Shown here: one piece after another, positions 57,757 to 64,000 of the stretch | Layout: each line of letters starts with the position of its first letter | How positions within the stretch are numbered: the stretch's first letter is position 1 | DNA from: Candidatus Nanohalarchaeota archaeon | Lineage (GTDB): Archaea > Nanohalarchaeota > Nanosalinia > Nanosalinales > Nanosalinaceae | Direction of reading: 5' to 3' | NCBI GenBank assembly: GCA_022729235.1 | Contig: JALDAJ010000001.1 | Span: 704,001-768,000, forward strand | DNA length: 64,000 bases | The notes under the pieces: model-generated | Told to the model about the DNA's origin: nothing | Seen by the model: the letters and a program-made list of their open reading frames with translations, nothing else | The model's database searches: none | Made by a program: the position numbers and the translations under genes

Positions 57757-57999
57757 CGCGTGGTTACGCTCGAGCGGGACGCAAGAAGCCATTCAACTGA
57801 ATGGCTTTCGCCGCTAACGCGGCGCACTTATTTCTCTATTTTTATATTGTTTATCTGAGAATGTCTCTAGATTTCGGTTCAAAGCTCGAGTCCTGCCGAT
57901 TTTATGTTTCCACATTTCTAAGGAGTTTGGGAGATGCCAAAGAAGTGCGAATTATTCTTTACCAGAGCGTAATAAAATTTTATTTTTAGATTTGACTCT

Positions 58000-59097
58000 A
58001 TGGGTTCGGCAAAAACAGAATCACAAAAAGAAATTTCGGCTGAAGAAATAGCCGATATAGACAGTTTGGGAGATTTAAGAGATTTGACAAATGAAGAATG
58101 TATTGAGGCTGCTTATTCTAAAGCCAAAGAGGTTTGGTGGGAAGATAAATTTAGTCCTCCAGACACTGAAACTGAGAGTCTGCCAGGAGAATCTGTTGAG
58201 ATCGAGGGAACTAATTATGAAATACATCCTGTTGACCATGGTCTGAATGCGCCATTAATGAAGCCAGGAAGTGAAATTGTAGAATCGGTTCAAGGAGAAG
58301 TAGAGGATGTTCTGAGTGATAATGGCGAAGTATACATTGAACAAGACTTGAAGGGACAATTTGACTTGGAAAGCTTTGATGTCACAGAAATCGATGATAG
58401 GTCTTGGGCCGATAACCAGTTTGACGAATATAAGGAGATAGATGGGCTAATTGGGCAATCTAAAACGCTGGGTAAAGTGTGCTTAGCCGTACCTCTTATA
58501 GCAGGAATCAAAGGTTATGAGGCGCTAACAGGAAACCGAGTGTTTGATGAAGAAGGTTATAACGGCATCTATGCCAGAGAAGATATTGGCGAACTGGAAG
58601 TTTTGAAAGCAGATATGGAGGCAAGATTCCTGCCAACTGATTTAGAAGAAGAATACCTTTGGGAAACAGACTCTGAGAAAGCTATTAACTTAATTGAACG
58701 CTCTAATAGAATGGCAGATTACATATTTAATGTATCGGACTCCGAAGAGGTACGTGCTATTGTAGGAGGAGCTCACTATCCCTTTGTCATGGATAGACTT
58801 CAGGAATACAAGGAGGGAGAAAGAAATCAAGAGATTGAGTTCGATATTTACACAGTGAATTTGGAGCCGGAAAGACCTGCAGCAATAAGCTTGGCTTCAG
58901 GCCTAATATCAGCTTACTTTTTATCACAGGGAGAGATGAGAGCTGCCAAGGCTTTTGGAGGAATTTCGGCTCTTTCAGGTACGATGGCCGGAGTCTCATA
59001 CTGGGCTTCCTCAACGCTGAAGACCGTGACAAATGATATGCAGAACTCTCAAGTACCGGATTCACATTTATACGCCGAAGGTTATATCGAGGAGTAA
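58000..59097 (+). CDS. Hypothetical protein, TraB/GumN-like motifs
   Basis: IERSNRMADYI..AIVGGAHY, with C-terminal hydrophobic helices. Confidence 0.6.
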   Translation: MGSAKTESQKEISAEEIADIDSLGDLRDLTNEECIEAAYSKAKEVWWEDKFSPPDTETESLPGESVEIEGTNYEIHPVDHGLNAPLMKPGSEIVESVQGEVEDVLSDNGEVYIEQDLKGQFDLESFDVTEIDDRSWADNQFDEYKEIDGLIGQSKTLGKVCLAVPLIAGIKGYEALTGNRVFDEEGYNGIYAREDIGELEVLKADMEARFLPTDLEEEYLWETDSEKAINLIERSNRMADYIFNVSDSEEVRAIVGGAHYPFVMDRLQEYKEGERNQEIEFDIYTVNLEPERPAAISLASGLISAYFLSQGEMRAAKAFGGISALSGTMAGVSYWASSTLKTVTNDMQNSQVPDSHLYAEGYIEE

Positions 59098-59156
59098 AAG
59101 GGATTCCGAAATATCTGATTGCGTATCTTTTGATTCTCAAATCTTGGCTCTGCAAC

Positions 59157-59465
59157 TCATTCTTCTCCGTGCAGCCTATGTTTCTGCGGGTCGTAGATGT
59201 AGTGTTCCCAGAGTTTCTGGAGCTGTGGTAGTGTCATGGTTGCGAGTACGAAGGCGACCGCGGGGACTACAGAGTTGATGAACGGGTCTGGTAGATCGGC
59301 GGCGAAGAAGTAGATTACGATCACAATGTATGTCAGGACTGTTATAGCTATTCTTCGTTCCCAGCTGATTTCCCATGCCTTGTCTTTCTCCGCTTTCTTG
59401 TTTCTGTCCTTTATCTGTTCTATTTCTTCTTCAAGTCCGTCAACGCGTTTTTCTAAATCGGCCAT
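59157..59465 (-). CDS. Small membrane protein
   Basis: Coiled coil, DKAWEISWERR, two TMs. Confidence 0.75.
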   Translation of the reverse strand: MADLEKRVDGLEEEIEQIKDRNKKAEKDKAWEISWERRIAITVLTYIVIVIYFFAADLPDPFINSVVPAVAFVLATMTLPQLQKLWEHYIYDPQKHRLHGEE

Positions 59466-59525
59466 ATTAATTTCTGTTGAACTTCTCTCTAATAATATTT
59501 TTTAGTGGTTTGTCCTGTTACGGGG

Positions 59526-60044
59526 TCATTCTGTGTTTTTCGTGTATGTAGTGAAGCTGGTATCTTCGCGCAGGTAGAAGTCTATGGTTCTCTTGAGTTC
59601 GTGGTAGGAGATGTTTCTCTGTGAGACATATGTCTCGGTTCTGTCCTGGATCAGGTGGTTCTGTTTCAGGAAGTCCCAGTGGTCGATCCTGTCTGAGAGG
59701 TAGTTGTCTCCTATTTCTTCTAGTTTATCCTTGACTGGTCTCTCCAAGTATCTCTCTATAAGGTCAGGTTCTTCCTCGATATCGACTTCTATGAAAAGTC
59801 TTTGCTCGCAGTACGAACCGCCTACCTGGACAAGGTGTTTGATCCTGACTTCTTCCAGATTTTCGTATTCCGGGAGGTCTTGCAGATTGAATCGTCCCTC
59901 CAACCTTTCAAGAAGCTCTCTGTAATCTACGTCCTCTGCTTCATAGCTGCCAGGAAATACTTCCTCTAGGTCGGTCTCTAGATTTGCTGCCGGGTTACGT
60001 ATGTATATATCTGAGTCTTTGCGAAAACCTCGTGAATGCTTCAT
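59526..60044 (-). CDS. Hypothetical protein
   Basis: 172 aa acidic ORF. Confidence 0.6.
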   Translation of the reverse strand: MKHSRGFRKDSDIYIRNPAANLETDLEEVFPGSYEAEDVDYRELLERLEGRFNLQDLPEYENLEEVRIKHLVQVGGSYCEQRLFIEVDIEEEPDLIERYLERPVKDKLEEIGDNYLSDRIDHWDFLKQNHLIQDRTETYVSQRNISYHELKRTIDFYLREDTSFTTYTKNTE

Positions 60045-60103
60045 TTTGCCGGGTAAGAAGTTCTATCGCTTGGTTTCTATCCTGTCTGAACTGCCGCGTT
60101 ACC

Positions 60104-60500
60104 TTTAAATAGAGAAATTACGTAGGAGTGAATTCAGCCATGATGAATCATCCAGAGCGCTCTTAAGCTCATTGATTGTCTCTTCTTCGTAAGGACCGAG
60201 AGATATTGTTCCCGTGTATTCTCTATTCTGTCCGTTGTCCTGTACATGTAGTTTGTCGTGTCGATCAGGGTCATCGGTTTCTCTGACCTCTGCATAGAGC
60301 CAGCCATCTCTAGGTGAATAGTCGAGGAATAGAGAAGAAGGGATTTCGCCGGTCCGATCTGGGACTAGGATACTATGTAGTGTAGGGAAGTCTATAGTTC
60401 CTTCTGCTTCAGTTTTATAGGTTTCAGTTGTATGGTCTTGGGTATAGTCTTGGGATATTTCGATCTCCTTTCTGCTCCCTCTCCCCTGGGAAAAAGTACT
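60104..60500 (-). pseudogene. Probable degraded gene (no start codon, apparent frameshift)
   Basis: About 105 codon start-less open frame of acidic composition; an overlapping frame continues ..YLGPYEEETINELKSALDD.. Confidence 0.35.
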
Positions 60501-60510
60501 TTACATTTGT

Positions 60511-61602
60511 TTATGTATGTTTGCGTATAATCTCTTTCACATCTTCTATCGGTGCGTCAGTTCGGAAACCAGTCGGCGAGAAGTGAGTCCTAGACACAGG
60601 ATAGCCTTTCCCATCTATAGCTTCTATTACGAGGTCCCGTTTCGGCACTTCGATGTCCATGACTGAGGCGAGCTCGTGGAGGTCGTAGAACGGCGTGACT
60701 ATCTCCGCCTCGCTGTCAATATGCTCCAGGAGTTCCAGCGAGTCTTCCCAGTCCTCTGGCATCTCCTCCAGCATTCTGGAAGTGAAGCGCTGGTCTGCGA
60801 TTTTTCCCGTCCAGAGAGGTCCGGCGACCCGTGTTTCTGAGTCGCATTCAGGACAGTTTCCGGCACGCTCCAGTTTCCGCCACCTACATTTCGGGCAGAA
60901 TGAGAGATAACCGATTTTATCCAGCGCGTTATTGGTGCGCTGTTTCGACTCGGTGACCCGACCCATAACTCGGGAGTAGTGCTGTTCGTGCCAGCAAACT
61001 TTTGGGTCGAACTCCTTGTCGAACCGGGCGAAGTTTTCGAAGACGGCCTTGATGTATATCCTGAGACCTGTCTCGTGCATGAAACTGTTCTTCAATGGCA
61101 TGGAGGCGTACCGTCTCCTGCAAACCTTTGAGTATGTTCCGGCTGGCGCCGCGTTATCTGTCGCGGTCAAACCAACGAAGCTTGAATGGGATGCGGCTCT
61201 AGCGGTGGAGTCGAGGAAAGATGTGAACGGTCCGAAGGGGTCGATGTCTATTATGTGCAGATAGTTCCGGTGCTGTGACAGGAAGACATTCGCGTCCTCA
61301 TTGTAGACCTCTGCCTTGATACCGTTTACTTCGAGACCTTTCTCTATGCTTTCAATCGCTTCCGGGTTAGTGTCATTCAGGTATACGTTCCCGAGTTCCG
61401 AGTACCTGAAACCTCGTATTCCTGATGCTGCGAGGGCATCACATATCCTTGGCTCCTCTATATCGACTTCTTCAAGGAAAACCCTGGCGGCGATTATAGA
61501 CAGGTCGCGGTTGGTCTTCATGTCCTCGTTGTAGAAGACACTGGAAGACTTGTCGGGTTCGTCTTCTTCCGGGACGGATATCTCGTATCCTCTTTCTTCC
61601 AT
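60511..61602 (-). CDS. trm1: tRNA (G26-N2,N2)-dimethyltransferase
   Basis: VFYN..M..NRDLS, DALAASGIRG, IDIDPFG, TATD, GPLW, SRTHF. Confidence 0.96.
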   Translation of the reverse strand: MEERGYEISVPEEDEPDKSSSVFYNEDMKTNRDLSIIAARVFLEEVDIEEPRICDALAASGIRGFRYSELGNVYLNDTNPEAIESIEKGLEVNGIKAEVYNEDANVFLSQHRNYLHIIDIDPFGPFTSFLDSTARAASHSSFVGLTATDNAAPAGTYSKVCRRRYASMPLKNSFMHETGLRIYIKAVFENFARFDKEFDPKVCWHEQHYSRVMGRVTESKQRTNNALDKIGYLSFCPKCRWRKLERAGNCPECDSETRVAGPLWTGKIADQRFTSRMLEEMPEDWEDSLELLEHIDSEAEIVTPFYDLHELASVMDIEVPKRDLVIEAIDGKGYPVSRTHFSPTGFRTDAPIEDVKEIIRKHT

Positions 61603-61703
61603 GCAACTTTGTTGCGATACAAAAAGTTTTTAAACCAGAGCCAGTCTTCCGCATTTAGCAGGGTTTATAAACCTATCTTCTAATCCTTATCTGGAGATTT
61701 TCC

Positions 61704-62021
61704 ATGTCAAATGTTGTCAGTCAAGTCAGGAAAGCCGAGAAAGACGCGGATTCTATCATCGAAGAGGCGGAGGAAGAAGCCGATAAAATTATAGAAGAAG
61801 CGAGGCAGGAAGCCCAGGAGATTATCTCTGGTGCGGAAAAGAAAGCATCGGAGATGAAGCGAGAAAGAATCGAGCGCTTCAGAGATAAGCTCGAAGAGAA
61901 AAAGGAAGAGATAACAGAGGATGGAGAAGATGAAGCTGATGAGCTCGCGGATAAAGCATCACAGAACAGAGAGGACGCGGTCGAGCTTCTTGTAGCGCAG
62001 TTTGAAGAAGAGTTTCTTTGA
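61704..62021 (+). CDS. atpH: A/V-type ATP synthase subunit H (G-like)
   Basis: AE..A..IIEEA coiled coil directly upstream of subunit I. Confidence 0.85.
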   Translation: MSNVVSQVRKAEKDADSIIEEAEEEADKIIEEARQEAQEIISGAEKKASEMKRERIERFRDKLEEKKEEITEDGEDEADELADKASQNREDAVELLVAQFEEEFL

Positions 62022-62034
62022 GGACTAGGTATAT

Positions 62035-63828
62035 ATGGTAAAACCAGCACAGATGACGAAGGTGTCAGTAACTGGGTCGAAAAACCAGTTACAGAAGGTT
62101 ATAGATACACTTTATGAACTGGAACTCCTGGATATTGAGGACTATGAGGGCGGAGAACTTGAGAAAGGTGAACCGTTTGAAGACGCCGAGGATATCTCAG
62201 AACTTCTAGTCGATGTCAGATCGATACTTTCCAAACTACCTGACAGCGAAGTAGTGGAGGAAAAATCTGTTTCTCTCGGAGATATACAGGAAAACCTTGG
62301 AGAGATAAAGAGCGAGGTCGACCGGCTTGAGGACAGGAGAGATGAGATAGAGAAGGAACGTTCCCGACTTGAGGACCAGGAAGAGTTTTTCTCCAGGCTA
62401 AGAGGCACAGATCTTACTTACGAGGATTTACAGGGGACAGATAGTCTTGAGGTCTTCATAGGACGCATGGATGTTGATAGGTTCAAGAAGGAAACAGGTT
62501 CAAGTCATGAAATCTTACAGGGTGAGGACTCAGAAATCGTGTTCTACAGGAGAGAAGATGCTGGTGAGGTAGAGAAAGTTTTGAGGGAGGTAAGTGATGA
62601 ACAGTATAGTCTTGTTGACACCGATTTCACAGGTACTATAGAAGAGATACTGCAGGCGATTGAGTACAGGAGAGAAGAACTGGAGGAAGAAATCGATGCG
62701 ATTGAAGAAGGATTCAAGAACCTTGCAAAAAAATGGGGTGGCAAACTCGAAAACGCCGAGAGCTTTTTGGCTGAAAAAGTTGAAAAGTCAGAGGCACCTA
62801 TCCGGTTCGCGACTACAAAGCGGACGTTCATCGCGGAGGGATGGGTTCCAACGGACAGTCTTGACCAGTTAAGAAAAAGGCTGAACGAGGAGAATGGAGA
62901 TAAAATCCATATCGAGACCGAGGAGGGTGAGAACCCGCCGGTAAAACAGGAGAATAATCAAGTTGTAGAACCCTTTGAAAGCCTCACAGATCTCGTAGAT
63001 GTTCCAAGGTATAATGAAGTAGATCCTTCTTTCCTGATCTTACTTACGTTCCCGCTGTTCTTCGGAATGATGATCGGTGACGCGGGATACGGCATATCGA
63101 GTGCTATAGTATTCTTTGCAGGTATGAAGATGTTCCCAAAGGCGTCAGAATTATTCAAGGCGTTGCTTTGGACTTCCGCAGCGACGCTTTTGTTCGGACT
63201 GCTTTACGGCGAAATGTTTGGGTTCCGGATTTACGAGTCGCCGTTCTACCGTGCCTACTACTGGACAGAAATCCTTTACCTGACGGTGCTGATAGGGCTG
63301 GCGCACGTTAACCTGGCGCTGCTTATAGGTGCTTATAACGAATACGTCAGGCACGGACTGCTCGCTGCTGTGTATGAAAAAATATCCTGGATACTGCTCC
63401 AGGCAGCCTTAGTTGCAGGATACCTTACAGGTGTACTGTACGGTTCAACGGCGGGCTGGGGAGTGTTGCTCGGTTTAGGAGTTCCCTCGCTGATGATGCT
63501 TTACAAGGGAGAGGGGATTGCAGGCATCGTTGAGATACCTGCCCTGATATCAAATATACTGTCCTACCTGAGGCTTTTCGGGGTCTGCATGGCGGCATAC
63601 ACGCTTGCAGGTACTGCAAACGCGATTGCAAGCCCTGCGTACGCGTCAGGGACTCTTATGGGTATAGTAGCAGGAACACTGATCCTGATGGTAGGGCACA
63701 CGATACTAACGTTCATCAAAATCATGGAAGGCTTCATACAGGGAATCCGTCTCCACTACGTGGAGATGTTCGGATGGTTCTTTGAAGGCGGTGGAAGAAA
63801 ATACGCGCCGTTTGGAGCCGATAGATAA
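62035..63828 (+). CDS. atpI: A/V-type ATP synthase subunit I (a)
   Basis: PRYNEVDP, FFGMMIGDAGYG, LSYLRL, RLHYVEMF. Confidence 0.96.
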   Translation: MVKPAQMTKVSVTGSKNQLQKVIDTLYELELLDIEDYEGGELEKGEPFEDAEDISELLVDVRSILSKLPDSEVVEEKSVSLGDIQENLGEIKSEVDRLEDRRDEIEKERSRLEDQEEFFSRLRGTDLTYEDLQGTDSLEVFIGRMDVDRFKKETGSSHEILQGEDSEIVFYRREDAGEVEKVLREVSDEQYSLVDTDFTGTIEEILQAIEYRREELEEEIDAIEEGFKNLAKKWGGKLENAESFLAEKVEKSEAPIRFATTKRTFIAEGWVPTDSLDQLRKRLNEENGDKIHIETEEGENPPVKQENNQVVEPFESLTDLVDVPRYNEVDPSFLILLTFPLFFGMMIGDAGYGISSAIVFFAGMKMFPKASELFKALLWTSAATLLFGLLYGEMFGFRIYESPFYRAYYWTEILYLTVLIGLAHVNLALLIGAYNEYVRHGLLAAVYEKISWILLQAALVAGYLTGVLYGSTAGWGVLLGLGVPSLMMLYKGEGIAGIVEIPALISNILSYLRLFGVCMAAYTLAGTANAIASPAYASGTLMGIVAGTLILMVGHTILTFIKIMEGFIQGIRLHYVEMFGWFFEGGGRKYAPFGADR

Positions 63829-63856
63829 AAAATATTATCGAGGTGAAAAATCAACA

Positions 63857-64000
63857 ATGGCAGTAGAAGGACTAACCGCGATCGGTGCAGGACTAGCAAT
63901 CGGACTTACAGGATTAGCAACAGCATGGGCTCAGGCAAAGATCGGAAGCGCTGGAGTAGGTGCACTAGCTGAAGACGACAGTATCTTCGGTAAAGTGCTC
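63857..64000 (+). CDS. atpK: A/V-type ATP synthase subunit K (c), 3'-truncated
   Basis: MAVEGLTAIGAGLAIGLTGLATAWAQAKIGSAGVGALAE; GAGGTGA SD. Confidence 0.92.
   Translation, partial: MAVEGLTAIGAGLAIGLTGLATAWAQAKIGSAGVGALAEDDSIFGKVL

Overview
Chromosomal segment of a halophilic DPANN archaeon, most likely Nanohaloarchaeota. This is inferred from the very acidic proteins, compact gene layout, stand-alone 5S rRNA and archaeal information-processing genes. Most of the window is housekeeping: MCM, Cdc6/Orc1, RPA/SSB, DNA ligase, TBP, TFB, histone, aIF2b, aIF5A, rpl15e/rpl37e/rps8e, Lsm, RNase P proteins, CCA enzyme, Trm1, Elp3, the oapABC cluster and the start of the A-type ATPase operon. It also holds a copper-resistance locus, a HEPN-MNT module, 5S rRNA and four tRNAs, three of which carry structured 61-93 nt introns at 37/38. 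The most unusual signal is a recurring non-coding architecture of about 60-75 bp at gene ends: a copy of the gene end (A), a small hairpin usually of the form CGAA...TTCT, an inverted copy of A, a short spacer, then A again. It occurs at tRNA-Tyr, twice in tandem at tRNA-Lys, at the start of the 17313 gene and, more weakly, after a duplicated tfb end. Related hairpins sit inside the tRNA introns. A separate 1.6 kb integrase-less islet is flanked by an 81 bp duplication of the tfb 3' end whose differences are all synonymous. All calls come from reading the sequence and known motifs; no searches or folding programs were run.
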